A DNA stretch of 64,000 bases, from NCBI GenBank assembly GCA_963719085.1, contig CAVRAL010000001.1, positions 1 through 64,000 on the forward strand, read 5' to 3'. Under the pieces are notes generated by a model. That model was not told the origin of the DNA. It saw only the letters and a list, made by a program, of their open reading frames with translations, and made no database searches. Source of the stretch: a candidate division FCPU426 bacterium. GTDB taxonomy: Bacteria > Oederibacteriota > Muellerivitia > Muellerivitales > Muellerivitaceae. Both the position numbers and the translations under genes were made by a program. This document shows, piece after piece, positions 31,382 through 42,085 of this stretch. The first letter of the stretch is position 1, and every line of letters starts with the position of its first letter.

Positions 31382-32539
31382 ATGGCTTCCAAAAAAGATT
31401 ATTACGAACTTTTAGGCGCGGCCCGCGGGGCCTCGGCGGACGATTTGAAAAAGGCTTACCGGAACATGGCGAAAAAACACCATCCGGACGCCAATCCCGG
31501 CAACAAAGACGCCGAGGAAAAATTCAAGGAAATCAACGAGGCCTACGAGGTCTTGTCCGATCCCCAAAAGAAAGCCGCTTACGACCAATACGGGCACGCC
31601 GGGGTCAATGGCTTCGGCACGGGACCCTCCGGCGGCGCGGGCGGCGGCGGATTCCGGACGGCCACCGATTTTAACGGCGCTGATTTTGAGGATATTTTCG
31701 GGGATGTGTTCAGTAATTTTTTCAGCGGCGGGGGCCGGGGCGGCCGCGCGCCTGCCCAGCAAGGCGATGATCTTCGTTACGACTTGACCTTGGCTTTCGA
31801 GCAAGCGGCTTTCGGCACCACCCAAGACATCAAGATCCGAAAATTGACTACTTGCGATACCTGCCACGGATCCGGCGCCAAACCCGGATCGGGCCGGGTG
31901 GTTTGCGCCACTTGTAAGGGCGCGGGTCAAGTCCGTGTTTCCCAGGGTTTTTTCACGGTGGCCCGCACCTGTCCGAAATGTAACGGACAAGGCGAGCTGC
32001 CTGGAACGCCTTGCCCCACCTGCCATGGGCAGGGGCGTTTGGAAAAAGAAAGAACGGTTTCGGTCAAGGTACCCGCCGGAGTGGATGAGGGTTCTCGTTT
32101 AAGGATCCGGGGCGAAGGGGAAGCGGGACTTAACGGGGCGCCGGCGGGCGATTTGTATATTTTCCTGCACGTGGAACCTCATCCTATTTTTCACCGGGAT
32201 GAGAGCAATTTGCTGTGCGAGATTCCCATTTCTTTCGTTCAGGCCGCTTTGGGAACCGAATTGGAAGTTCCCACGTTGGAAGGTCCGGTGAAAATGAAGG
32301 TTCCGTCCGGGACCCAATCGGGAAAAGTTTTCCGCCTGCGCGAAAAGGGCCTCAAGAGCCCCCAGCGTTCCGGAGTGGGGGATTTGTTGGTGACGGTCCA
32401 CGTGGAGACCCCCACGGACCTTAGCACCAAGCAGCGCAAACTGCTGGAGGACTTCGCCGCTTCCACCCAGGAAGAAAACCAGCCTGAATCAACCAAGTTC
32501 CTGAATAAAATGCGGAATCTTTTCACCAAGAAAAAATAA
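31382..32539 (+). CDS. dnaJ: Chaperone DnaJ
   Basis: HPD J-domain, G/F region, four CxxCxGxG repeats. Confidence 0.97.
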   Translation: MASKKDYYELLGAARGASADDLKKAYRNMAKKHHPDANPGNKDAEEKFKEINEAYEVLSDPQKKAAYDQYGHAGVNGFGTGPSGGAGGGGFRTATDFNGADFEDIFGDVFSNFFSGGGRGGRAPAQQGDDLRYDLTLAFEQAAFGTTQDIKIRKLTTCDTCHGSGAKPGSGRVVCATCKGAGQVRVSQGFFTVARTCPKCNGQGELPGTPCPTCHGQGRLEKERTVSVKVPAGVDEGSRLRIRGEGEAGLNGAPAGDLYIFLHVEPHPIFHRDESNLLCEIPISFVQAALGTELEVPTLEGPVKMKVPSGTQSGKVFRLREKGLKSPQRSGVGDLLVTVHVETPTDLSTKQRKLLEDFAASTQEENQPESTKFLNKMRNLFTKKK

Positions 32540-32560
32540 GTCCATTTTGACAAGGCGCGA

Positions 32561-33298
32561 ATGAGCTCCGTTCCCCGAATCTTTTTGCAAGAAACCCCCT
32601 TGGCGGGCTCCACGCTTTCACTCGACCCGGCTCTGTCCCATTACCTGGCCAAAGTTTTACGTTTAGAGGCGAACGCGCCTTTCGTGGGATTTGATCCTCA
32701 AGGCTCCGAATATGAAATGATCCTGCTGAGCGCGAACGCCCAAGGATCGGAAGCGCGGGTTTTGCGCCAAACCCAACAGGCGCCGGCCCAATCACTCCAG
32801 ATCGCTTTAGGTCAAGGGCTCCCGAAGGGATCCAAAATGGACCTGATTTTGCGCCAAGGCACCGAAATGGGAATCCATCAAATCATCCCCCTCTTGACCG
32901 AAAGAAGCGTTTCTCGGCCGGAGCCAAGCCAATGGGCGCATAAAAGAGACCGCTGGCAAAAGATCCTGGTGGAAGCGTGCCGTCAATGCGGCCGGAGGGA
33001 TGTGCCTGAGCTAAAGCCGATGACGGACTGGGAAACGCTTTTGAGCTGTTTTAAGGATTATGACCTGGTTTTACTGCCTTATGAAAAAGAGGCGCCGTCT
33101 TTAAAGAGCGTGTTAGAATCCAACTCAGAGAGTCGGCGGATTTTGGTTTTGATCGGTCCCGAAGGGGGGTGGGCGCCCGGGGAAGTGGAGCAGGCCCAGG
33201 CGCACGGCGCTTGTGTGACGCATTTGCCGGTCCCGATCTTGCGGACCGAAACCGCCGGGTTGGCCGCCGCCGCGATGATTCAATTTTTTAAAAAATAA
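32561..33298 (+). CDS. rsmE: 16S rRNA m3U1498 methyltransferase
   Basis: HYLAKVLR, EACRQCGR, IGPEGG, ILRTETA. Confidence 0.93.
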   Translation: MSSVPRIFLQETPLAGSTLSLDPALSHYLAKVLRLEANAPFVGFDPQGSEYEMILLSANAQGSEARVLRQTQQAPAQSLQIALGQGLPKGSKMDLILRQGTEMGIHQIIPLLTERSVSRPEPSQWAHKRDRWQKILVEACRQCGRRDVPELKPMTDWETLLSCFKDYDLVLLPYEKEAPSLKSVLESNSESRRILVLIGPEGGWAPGEVEQAQAHGACVTHLPVPILRTETAGLAAAAMIQFFKK

Positions 33299-33324
33299 AC
33301 TATTTTAAATCTTAAGGAAGCTCC

Positions 33325-34188
33325 ATGGCGAGCTCAGCCAAAACCAAACCCTCTCCCGATAATCAAACTGTTTTTTTATTGGGAAAACCTGTGGCCCATT
33401 CGCTTTCGCCCCTCATGCAAAACGCCGCTTTTCGCGCTTTGAAACTCAAGACTTTTTACGCCCCCCTGGAATTGGAAGCTTGGCAGTTGGATTCCTTCTT
33501 TAAAGTTTTTAAAGGTCCCAATATTTGCGGCGCCAATGTCACAGTCCCTTATAAGGAGAAGGTGATAGCGCATTTGGACGGGGTGGAAAAAGACGCCCGG
33601 TGGTTGGGGTCGGTTAATACGATTTATAAGAAGGCCGGAAAACTTTGGGGCGCTTCCACCGATGGGGCCGGATTTCTACTGTCCTTGGGCACTTCGCGAA
33701 AAAAACTTAAGGGGACCGATGGTCTTCTATTGGGCGCCGGCGGCGCGGCCAAGGCGGTCGCCGGGGCTTTGACGGGATCCGGAATCAGGCGTCTTTTTAT
33801 CGCGAATCGATCGGTTCCCCGAGCCGCCCAATTAGCGAAGATCCTTCAAAAGAGTCATTCCCGTTTGGACGTGGGGGTTGTTTCCTTCGAGGAGTCGGAA
33901 AAGCTTTTACCCAGGATTCAGTGGATCGTTCAGGCCACTTCAATGGGGCTCGAACCGGGGGACCCTTCGCCGATTTCCCTGAAAAGAGCCCCAAAATCAA
34001 TTTGGGCGATGGACCTGATTTATAACCGACCCACGGTTTTCTTAAAAGAAGCCAAGCGTCAAAAAATGAAATCGATAGGCGGGTGGGGCATGTTGCTTTA
34101 CCAAGGGGCTTTAGCTTTTGAAAAATGGACGGGCCGCGAGGCTCCCTTGGAAGTCATGCGGGCGGTGTTGTTGAAGAACTTAAGTTGA
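33325..34188 (+). CDS. aroE: Shikimate dehydrogenase
   Basis: HSLSP, NVTVPYK, SVNT, GAGGAA, MLLYQG. Confidence 0.93.
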   Translation: MASSAKTKPSPDNQTVFLLGKPVAHSLSPLMQNAAFRALKLKTFYAPLELEAWQLDSFFKVFKGPNICGANVTVPYKEKVIAHLDGVEKDARWLGSVNTIYKKAGKLWGASTDGAGFLLSLGTSRKKLKGTDGLLLGAGGAAKAVAGALTGSGIRRLFIANRSVPRAAQLAKILQKSHSRLDVGVVSFEESEKLLPRIQWIVQATSMGLEPGDPSPISLKRAPKSIWAMDLIYNRPTVFLKEAKRQKMKSIGGWGMLLYQGALAFEKWTGREAPLEVMRAVLLKNLS

Positions 34189-34212
34189 GTTTTGCCGGCT
34201 TTTTGACAAACG

Positions 34213-34241
34213 TTGACTTCGATTTTTTAAGACTCTATACT
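34213..34241 (+). promoter_or_regulatory. Sigma70-type promoter upstream of pilB
   Basis: TTGACT-N17-TATACT. Confidence 0.65.
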
Positions 34242-34312
34242 TCCTTGCCAGGGATTTTTGCCCCCTGTCAAGGGCCGCGCGGCCCGGTCGATTTCCTTCC
34301 TTGAGGTATTAA

Positions 34313-36061
34313 ATGCCTGAATCCATGAAAAAACGCCTGGGTGAGATGTTGGTTGATGAAGGAATCATTACGGAAGAACAGCTTCAAGAAGCCCTTCATG
34401 AGCAAAAAATTAAGGGTGGCCGCCTCGAAAAAATCCTGATCAGCCAGGGCTATGTCACCCAAGACGTCATCATGGCTTTTGTAGGAACCCAACTGGGTAT
34501 TCCCCACGTCAGTTTGGCCGAAATTGGCTCGATTCCTAACGATGTGGTTTTCTCGGTGCCTGAGTCGATCGCCTTGAACCACTGCCTGATTCCGATCGTA
34601 AAAAAAGATAAAAAATTAACCGTGGCTATGGCCGATCCGCTAAACGTTTTCGCCATTGACGACATCAAAATGATGACGGGTTTTGAGGTTGAGCCGGCGA
34701 TCGCCAGTGAAATTGAAATTAAGGCCATGCAGGCCAAGTACTATGGCGGGGCGTCCTCCGGCGGTGGTGGCGCTGAAGCCGGCTCGGACATGCAGGAAAT
34801 CATTGGCTCCATGGGCGGCGACAGCAATCTTGAGGTGATGGAAGAAAAACAAGAGGAGATGGATATCTCCAAACTGGAAGCGGCCGGCGAGGACGCTCCG
34901 GTCGTTCGTTTGGTGAACCTGATTTTAACGGAAGCCGTTCGTTCCGGCGCCAGCGATATTCATATTGAGCCTTACGAAAAGAGCATGCGGTGCCGTTACC
35001 GCATTGACGGTGTTTTACACGAGGTTCAATCGCCTCCGAAATCCATTTCGGCGGCCATGTCGTCCCGCCTTAAAATTATGTCATCTCTTGATATTTCCGA
35101 GCGCCGCCTCCCTCAGGACGGACGCATTAAGATTAAGGTTCTGGGTAAGGAAATCGACCTTCGTGTTTCGATTTGCCCTGTGCAATTCGGCGAAAAGATC
35201 GTCATGCGTATTTTGGACTCTTCAAACCTTTCTCTGGATCTTCCCAAGCTGGGGTTTGAGGAAGACGTGCTTCCCAAGTTTCAAAAAGCCATTGTGGAAC
35301 CTTACGGTCTGGTTTTGGTAACAGGTCCGACAGGATCGGGGAAATCCACGACCCTCTATTCCGCGCTTCATTATATTAATGATCCCGACACCAATATTTC
35401 CACGATCGAGGATCCGGTGGAATATAACCTTCCCGGAATCAATCAGGTGAACGCCAAGGCCGGCATCGGGCTGACCTTCGCGGCGGGATTAAGGTCCTTC
35501 TTGCGGCAGGATCCGGATGTGATCATGGTGGGTGAAATCCGTGATAAAGAAACCGGTGAAATCGCCATCAACGCGGCTTTGACGGGTCACTTGGTTTTTT
35601 CCACGCTTCATACCAACGACGCGCCAGGCGCGGTGACCCGCATGGGCAACATGGGCATTGAGCCCTTTTTGATTACCTCAACGGTTCATTGCGTGGTTGC
35701 CCAACGGTTGCTTCGACGAATTTGCAAGGATTGCAAGCAACCCTACGAAGGTACCCCGGAAGTGATTGAGGAAATGGGGCTTCAAGTCACGGGTGAGCCG
35801 GTGACCCTCTATAAAGGCGCGGGATGCGCGACTTGCTCAAACACCGGTTACAAAGGCCGCATGGCCATTCACGAGGTTCTGATCTTGAATGATGAGTTTA
35901 AAAAAGGGGTTTTGCAACGCAAGCCGTCTTCGGAGCTTAAAAAGCTCGCTCGCGAGGGCGGAATGCAAACTCTGCGTGAATGCGGGGTGCAAAAGGTTTT
36001 GAAGGGAATGACTTCGGTGGAAGAGCTATTCCGCGTGGCCCACGCGGACGAAGATGAATAA
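34313..36061 (+). CDS. pilB: Type IV pilus assembly ATPase with MshEN domain
   Basis: RLGEMLVDEG N-terminus, GPTGSGKST, LRQDPD, tetracysteine motif. Confidence 0.93.
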   Translation: MPESMKKRLGEMLVDEGIITEEQLQEALHEQKIKGGRLEKILISQGYVTQDVIMAFVGTQLGIPHVSLAEIGSIPNDVVFSVPESIALNHCLIPIVKKDKKLTVAMADPLNVFAIDDIKMMTGFEVEPAIASEIEIKAMQAKYYGGASSGGGGAEAGSDMQEIIGSMGGDSNLEVMEEKQEEMDISKLEAAGEDAPVVRLVNLILTEAVRSGASDIHIEPYEKSMRCRYRIDGVLHEVQSPPKSISAAMSSRLKIMSSLDISERRLPQDGRIKIKVLGKEIDLRVSICPVQFGEKIVMRILDSSNLSLDLPKLGFEEDVLPKFQKAIVEPYGLVLVTGPTGSGKSTTLYSALHYINDPDTNISTIEDPVEYNLPGINQVNAKAGIGLTFAAGLRSFLRQDPDVIMVGEIRDKETGEIAINAALTGHLVFSTLHTNDAPGAVTRMGNMGIEPFLITSTVHCVVAQRLLRRICKDCKQPYEGTPEVIEEMGLQVTGEPVTLYKGAGCATCSNTGYKGRMAIHEVLILNDEFKKGVLQRKPSSELKKLAREGGMQTLRECGVQKVLKGMTSVEELFRVAHADEDE

Positions 36062-36090
36062 ATCGCGGATCACGAGGAGAATAAAAGAAC

Positions 36091-37155
36091 ATGGTTAACA
36101 TCGATACTTTGCTACGCCTGATGTTTGAACGCGGCGCTTCGGATTTGCACATTACCGCGGGCGCCCCCCCTATGCTCCGGGTGGACGGCGTGATGACGGC
36201 CACCGAGTATGAGAAGTTGCGGCCTGAAACCACCCAACAGCTGATTTACAGTATTTTGACCGATGAACAAAAGGAAAAGTTCGAAAAAGACAATGAGTTG
36301 GACGTTTCATTCGGCGTGGAAGGCGTCGGCCGCGTTCGTATGAACGTTTTCCAACAACGCGGAGCCGTAGCCTCCGCTTTAAGAAATATTCCCACCAGCA
36401 TCCGTACCTTTGAGGACCTGAAATTACCGCAAGTCGTTCAGGACCTTGTGAAACTTCCCAAGGGATTGGTTCTCGTCACGGGTCCCACGGGATCCGGTAA
36501 GTCCACCACACTGGCGGCCATGTTGGATTGGATTAACACCAACCAGCAGCATCATATTATTACGATCGAAGACCCGATTGAGTATGTGCACACCCATAAG
36601 TCTTGCATCGTTAATCAACGGGAAGTCGGCACGGACACGCACAGTTTTACCGCGGCCCTCAAATACGCCTTGCGCCAAGATCCGGACGTGATTCTGATCG
36701 GGGAAATGCGCGACTTGGAAACCATCAACGCCGCTTTGACAATCGCGGAAACAGGTCACTTGGTTTTCGCCACGCTTCATACGGTCGACTCGATTCAAAC
36801 CATCAACCGTATCATCGACGTGTTCCCGGCGACTCAACAACAACAGATTCGGGCTCAAATTTCATTTGTCTTGCAAGGGGTCTTGTCCCAACAGTTGATT
36901 CCGAAAGCCTATGGATCAGGACGGGTGATCGCCACGGAAGTTTTGATTCCCAGCGCCGCCGTTCGGAACTTGATCCGGGAAGAAAAGGTTCATCAAATTT
37001 ATTCGGCCATGCAAACGGGGGCCGAATACGGTATGCAGACCATGAATCAATGTTTGTTTGAGTTGTACCAGAAACAAATCGTGAGCTATAACGAGATTTT
37101 TTCCCGAACGTTAGATCCCAAAGAGCTGCAAAGAATGGTAAAGGGTATTATCTGA
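36091..37155 (+). CDS. pilT: Type IV pilus retraction ATPase
   Basis: ASDLH, GPTGSGKST, LRQDPD, AVRNLIRE, GMQTM. Confidence 0.95.
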   Translation: MVNIDTLLRLMFERGASDLHITAGAPPMLRVDGVMTATEYEKLRPETTQQLIYSILTDEQKEKFEKDNELDVSFGVEGVGRVRMNVFQQRGAVASALRNIPTSIRTFEDLKLPQVVQDLVKLPKGLVLVTGPTGSGKSTTLAAMLDWINTNQQHHIITIEDPIEYVHTHKSCIVNQREVGTDTHSFTAALKYALRQDPDVILIGEMRDLETINAALTIAETGHLVFATLHTVDSIQTINRIIDVFPATQQQQIRAQISFVLQGVLSQQLIPKAYGSGRVIATEVLIPSAAVRNLIREEKVHQIYSAMQTGAEYGMQTMNQCLFELYQKQIVSYNEIFSRTLDPKELQRMVKGII

Positions 37156-37172
37156 ACTAAGGGAAGGTATTC

Positions 37173-38390
37173 ATGGCGCTTTTTAAATATAAGGCGAAGA
37201 CGAGCCTGGGGAAAGTGGTTGACGGCACCCTGGAGGTTGAAAGCGAAAACGCGCTCGGGTCGGCTTTGCGTCAAAAACGGCTTGAGCTCATTTCTTTTTC
37301 CAAAGCCAGTTCGTTCGAAGTTTACCTGAGCAAAGTTTTTCAAAAAGGCGGAAACGTCACGATGAGGGACGTTGTTATCTTCAGCCGCCAATTTTCCACC
37401 ATGGTGAACGCGGGATTGCCCATTATGCAAGGGCTGTCCATAGTGGCCGAGCAATCGGAGAACCCTAATTTCAGGGTGGTGATGGGCAGAATCCGAGATG
37501 ACATCGCCAACGGTGTGCCGCTTTCAGAAGCCATGGCCAAACATCCGAAAGCCTTCACGACGCTTTACATCAACATGGTGAAAGCCGGGGAGCAGGGCGG
37601 TATTTTGGACACCATTTTCGAGCGATTATCCGAATACTTGGAAAAAGCCGATGGAGTGACCCGGAAAGTGAAGTCGGCGCTCATGTATCCGATTGTCGTC
37701 ATGTCGGTGGCCTTTTTAGTCGTCATTTTTTTGATGGTGAAGGTCATCCCGACATTTCGGGATGTGTTTGACTCCTTTGGGGCAAAACTTCCTTTACCGA
37801 CGCAAATTGTCATCAATATCAGCGAATTTTTGCAAAGCAAGAAAGCTTTTCTATTAGTGGCTGGGATGATCGGACTCTGGTTACTTATCTCCGCTTACCG
37901 GAAAACGAAGGCGGGCGCTTATCAATGGGACAAGATGCTACTGGGGTTGCCCACCTTTGGCCCTTTGGTTCGTAAAGCGGCGGTCGCCAAGTTCGCCAGA
38001 ACTTTAGGCACCTTAATTAAGTCGGGCGTTCCCATTATGGACGCGTTGGAAACAGTAGGAAAAACAGCCGGAAATCTGGTTGTTGAGAGAGCGGTTCAAA
38101 ATTGCCGTGATTCGGTTCGGGAAGGTAAGACACTCACGCAACCCTTAAAAGACAGCGGTGTTTTCCCTCCCATGGTCATTCAAATGATCAACGTCGGGGA
38201 AGAGACGGGCGCCTTAGATCAAATGCTTTCAAAAGTGGCGGATTTTTATGAGGAAGAAGTGGATGTGGCGGTGGAAGGGTTGACCTCGATCATTGAGCCT
38301 ATTTTGATCGTTTTCCTTGGGGTCACCATCGGATTTATCGTTGTTGCGATGTTTATGCCGATGTTTGAACTGGGCAATATCGCCGGTTAA
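37173..38390 (+). CDS. pilC: Type IV pilus platform protein (GspF family)
   Basis: FSRQFSTMVNAG, AGEQGG, GEETGALD, IEPILI. Confidence 0.93.
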   Translation: MALFKYKAKTSLGKVVDGTLEVESENALGSALRQKRLELISFSKASSFEVYLSKVFQKGGNVTMRDVVIFSRQFSTMVNAGLPIMQGLSIVAEQSENPNFRVVMGRIRDDIANGVPLSEAMAKHPKAFTTLYINMVKAGEQGGILDTIFERLSEYLEKADGVTRKVKSALMYPIVVMSVAFLVVIFLMVKVIPTFRDVFDSFGAKLPLPTQIVINISEFLQSKKAFLLVAGMIGLWLLISAYRKTKAGAYQWDKMLLGLPTFGPLVRKAAVAKFARTLGTLIKSGVPIMDALETVGKTAGNLVVERAVQNCRDSVREGKTLTQPLKDSGVFPPMVIQMINVGEETGALDQMLSKVADFYEEEVDVAVEGLTSIIEPILIVFLGVTIGFIVVAMFMPMFELGNIAG

Positions 38391-38422
38391 GTAACGTGAA
38401 AATCAGTGTTTACCGTCTTTGA

Positions 38423-38451
38423 TTGACAAGGAGATTGTGGACAAGTAGAAT
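38423..38451 (+). promoter_or_regulatory. Sigma70-type promoter upstream of the pilin gene
   Basis: TTGACA-N17-TAGAAT. Confidence 0.65.
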
Positions 38452-38519
38452 CAATCTAGCTTAATAATTAAGGGGTCAAGACTTATTATTGGGCTGAAAT
38501 CAAATGGAGGTGTCGCAAT

Positions 38520-38978
38520 ATGGTTCGTAAAAATGCTAAAAAAGGGTTTACGCTCATTGAACTGATGATCGTTGTCGCGATCATTGGTATTTTGGCCGCT
38601 ATCGCTATCCCGCGTTTCGCTCAGATGCTTGAGAAATCGCGTGAGGGCGCTACCAAGGGAAACTTGGGTAGCTTGAAGTCAGCGTCTTCGATTTATTATG
38701 GAGACGTTCAAGGCGTGTGGCCGACGACTCTTAACTCCCAGTCCGTTTACTCCTTCAGCAAGTACCTGGATAACATCTATCCGGTGAAAGTCACGGGAGC
38801 TTTTGTGGCTGGCGCGAAGAGCCCGACGGGAACCCTCGTCAATGTTGTCGCTCAAGCGGTTGCTCCGACGGTCGCGAGCAGCGGTTGGATGTACGACAGC
38901 ACGGGCGGAACCGTTTATGTTAATAGCACGGTTCAAGATTCCAAGCAGATCCCGTATTCGTACTATGGGTTTGAATGA
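38520..38978 (+). CDS. pilA: Type IV major pilin
   Basis: KKG/FTLIELMIVVAIIGILAAIAIP class III signal; GGAGG RBS; own promoter and terminator. Confidence 0.88.
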   Translation: MVRKNAKKGFTLIELMIVVAIIGILAAIAIPRFAQMLEKSREGATKGNLGSLKSASSIYYGDVQGVWPTTLNSQSVYSFSKYLDNIYPVKVTGAFVAGAKSPTGTLVNVVAQAVAPTVASSGWMYDSTGGTVYVNSTVQDSKQIPYSYYGFE

Positions 38979-39010
38979 TCGAAAGATCAAAAATATAGTT
39001 TAATGTAAAG

Positions 39011-39040
39011 TGGGCGGCATTTTTGCCGCCCATTGTTTTA
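39011..39040 (+). terminator. Intrinsic terminator after the pilin gene
   Basis: TGGGCGGCA-TTTT-TGCCGCCCA followed by TTGTTTT. Confidence 0.7.
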
Positions 39041-39855
39041 TTCTCTGAGTTTAGAGGTGATTTTATTCTAAACTTACTCCATCTCTTCGCGGCTTTGTTT
39101 GGGGTTTGTGTTGGCAGCTTTTTAAATGTTTGTCTTCTTCGCTGGAAATCCGGCGAGAGTATTGTAATTCCCGCCTCCCACTGTCCTTCTTGTCATCATT
39201 TTCTTCGTTGGTATGAGAATATCCCAATCATTAGTTTTTTTGTCCTGAATGGAAAATGCCGTTATTGCAAGGCTTCAATTTCTTGGCAATATCCCATCGT
39301 TGAAATCGCGACCGCTTTTTTATTTTCGTTTTGCACCTACCGATTTTCAGATCCGGTGATGATCTTGAGCAGCTGTTTTTTTGTTGTTTTTTTAATCTTA
39401 TTGGTCGCCAGTGACATAAAATGGCGGTTGTTGCCGAATTTGTTTAACAATCTGTTGGTGGTTGCCGCTTTTTTTTTTCTTTTTTCAAATTGTTGCTTCA
39501 AAATGGAACGGGATTAGTCGATCCCTTTCAAGCGGTGGCTGGGTACATGTTCGCCGGGACTTTTTTCATGCTGATCAACCTATATCCTAAAGGAATAGGC
39601 GGGGGCGACGTGGTGATGGCGGCCGGGTTGGGAGCGTGGTTGGGTTTGGGACATGTTTGGGTCATGATTTTATTTGCTTTTGGGCTGGGCGGTTTATTCG
39701 CAATACCGATGCTTTTGACCGGCCGGCTTAAATTGAAGTCTTTCATCGCGTTTGGGCCTTATTTGGCCTTGAGCTCATTTTTTATTTGGTTTTTTCCTGG
39801 TTCGTTTCATTCGTTTTTTCTTTGGCTTTTTGGTGATTCATTCAATCCGTTTTAA
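39023..39855 (+). pseudogene. pilD: Prepilin peptidase, split by a 1-nt frameshift at a T10 run (39469-39478); start uncertain
   Basis: First frame GSFLNV, SHCPSC, GKCRYC, YPIVE, SDI; second frame GIGGGDV, IAFGPYLA; adding one T joins them. Confidence 0.85.
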
Positions 39856-39867
39856 AGTGAGCGAGAA

Positions 39868-40971
39868 ATGTTTGGCTTATTAGGAAAAAATATAGTGGGG
39901 CTTGATTTGGGTTCTTCCTCGATCAAAGTCGTCCAGTTAAAGCAAAACGGCGGAAAATGGCACTTGGTCGCCCTGGGCATAGCGGATATTCCCGCCGAGG
40001 CGCAAGAAAGCAAAAATCCCGAACTCCAACGAGCCGCGCTTCTGGATACGATTAAGAGGGTTTTTAGAGAGAACAAAATCAAATCCAAGCACGTGGTCAC
40101 GTCCCTTTCCGGTGACGCGGTTATTATTCGATACGTTAAGTTGCCCTATGTTACCGCCGAGGAATTGCGGGGAAGCATTGGACGCGAGGCGGAACAATAT
40201 ATCCCTTTGAACATTGACCAAGTTATTCTTGATTTTCAAATATTGGGCGAGACCCAAGAAGAAGGGCAGAAAAAGGTGGATGTTCTTTTGATTGCCGCGA
40301 AAGTGGACGTTGTGGAACAACATCTTTCACTCTTGAAATCAGCCGGATTAACGCCGACGGTCATTGATGTCGACACCTTCGCCTTGGGGAACGCTTACGA
40401 GGTCAACCGATTGGAGTCGAGCGAAGAGACGATCGCCCTTATCAATATCGGAGCGACCCTTTCGACCATCAATATTCTTGAGGGCGGCGTCACGAGATTT
40501 ACGAGAGATATTCCGGTGGCTGGAAATGATTTTACCCGTGAGATTCAGAAGGAATTTAACTTAAAGTTTTCCGAGGCCGAAGAATTAAAGAAAACACATG
40601 GAACCATTTCAATGGAAGAAGATGATTTTAATCTTTCTTCCGTATCCCACAAGGATGATCGGGTCTTACGCATGTCGGATGTCATGACGCCGGTCCTCAA
40701 TAAGCTGTTAGGTGAAATTAGGCGCTCTTTTGACTATTACGAAACCCAGTCCCGTAAAAAGACGGTTGAACGGGTTGTCTTGTTGGGCGGAAGCGCTCGA
40801 TTGAAAAATGTGAACCGGTTTTTAGCCAACAAGTTGGGGATCCCGGTAGAGCATTTCGCCACTTTCCGAAATGTGGAAGTTGAAAAGGGCATTGATCCGG
40901 AATTCTTAAGCGAGAAGGAATTTCAGCTGGGTGTTTGCTTAGGGCTGGCCTTGCGAAAGGCCGAATCCTAA
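39868..40971 (+). CDS. pilM: Type IV pilus assembly protein PilM
   Basis: VGLDLGSSSIKVV actin-like motif, EIRRSFDYY, GVCLGLALR. Confidence 0.92.
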   Translation: MFGLLGKNIVGLDLGSSSIKVVQLKQNGGKWHLVALGIADIPAEAQESKNPELQRAALLDTIKRVFRENKIKSKHVVTSLSGDAVIIRYVKLPYVTAEELRGSIGREAEQYIPLNIDQVILDFQILGETQEEGQKKVDVLLIAAKVDVVEQHLSLLKSAGLTPTVIDVDTFALGNAYEVNRLESSEETIALINIGATLSTINILEGGVTRFTRDIPVAGNDFTREIQKEFNLKFSEAEELKKTHGTISMEEDDFNLSSVSHKDDRVLRMSDVMTPVLNKLLGEIRRSFDYYETQSRKKTVERVVLLGGSARLKNVNRFLANKLGIPVEHFATFRNVEVEKGIDPEFLSEKEFQLGVCLGLALRKAES

Positions 40972-40973
40972 CC

Positions 40974-41534
40974 ATGATCAAAGTTAACCTTCTTCCGGTA
41001 ACCGAAAAGAAAAAAAGAAAACAGTTAATCATTATTGTGTTTGGCGTTTTTGTGGGTCTTATTTTGCTCGCGATCCTAGGTTGGATCTATGTGGGGCGTT
41101 TACAGGTTGAAAAAGATTTGGCGGATCAAATTAAACGGGTGGATCAGGAATCCCAGGGCTACAGCGACAAGATCGCGGAAATCAAGGACTTGGAAGCGAA
41201 AGAAACCAGCTTGGATGGTTTCCGAAAAACCCTTACCGGCATTTACGCCGTTCAAAAAAATGTCTTATTCGCTTTCGACCAAATCGCGTCGAATTTGCCG
41301 GGTGATATTTGGATCACCAAGATCACCCAGGGTCAAAAGCCGGATGAGAATAAATTCATTATTGACGGATATTCTTTCAGCAATTTATCGCTGCAAGCTT
41401 ACTTGAACGTTCTTCAAAAGCCGGGTAGCGGGTTTTCGGAGACGGTGTTGGATATCAAGAGCATCTCCGCGAGCGTTGGGAATAATAAACAAATTCAACA
41501 ATTTGAGATTACGACTCGGGCGGTCCCCCAATGA
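40974..41534 (+). CDS. pilN: PilN domain protein
   Basis: MIKVNLLP PilM-binding motif, TM helix, coiled coil, LPGDIWIT. Confidence 0.88.
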   Translation: MIKVNLLPVTEKKKRKQLIIIVFGVFVGLILLAILGWIYVGRLQVEKDLADQIKRVDQESQGYSDKIAEIKDLEAKETSLDGFRKTLTGIYAVQKNVLFAFDQIASNLPGDIWITKITQGQKPDENKFIIDGYSFSNLSLQAYLNVLQKPGSGFSETVLDIKSISASVGNNKQIQQFEITTRAVPQ

Positions 41535-42085
41535 AACTCTCCCCCCTTTATCAAGCTTTGATCATCGGCTTTTTACTTTTCGCCGGAGTTGTCGTTTTAT
41601 ATTACGAGTTTCTTTTGAAACCGGTGAATGTCCGGATTGGCCAATTGAGCGATCAGCTGGACCAAAAAAAGAAAGACTTGGATGAAGCCAAGAAAACCAT
41701 GGCGAAGTATGTCGAGTTTAAAAAACGATCGGATTCGGTCCAAAGGGAATTGGAGTGGATTCAAAATCGAATTCCAAAGCTGATTGATAAAAGCCAACTG
41801 CTGGACAGCCTCAATTTGGTCCAGAGTCGGTCGGGTATTGTCTTGACGAATTTTCAAATGTCGGCGCAAACGAACGCGCGAGACACCTATACCGAGATTC
41901 CGGTCAACTTGAAATTCACGACGAGTTATGACGGCCTCTTGAATTTTTTATATCAAACTTCAGTCTCGTCGCTTTTGATGACGGTGAATGGAATTGTAGT
42001 GACGCCGCTGGCGAATCCAGACCCCAGGTATCCCGATTTAACCTTGACGGCTCAAGTGGTCTTGAATGGAGTTCAAGCGAAATGA
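41531..42085 (+). CDS. pilO: PilO-like protein
   Basis: TM, coiled coil, YTEIPV..Y..L..FL; follows pilN. Confidence 0.82.
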   Translation: MKLSPLYQALIIGFLLFAGVVVLYYEFLLKPVNVRIGQLSDQLDQKKKDLDEAKKTMAKYVEFKKRSDSVQRELEWIQNRIPKLIDKSQLLDSLNLVQSRSGIVLTNFQMSAQTNARDTYTEIPVNLKFTTSYDGLLNFLYQTSVSSLLMTVNGIVVTPLANPDPRYPDLTLTAQVVLNGVQAK

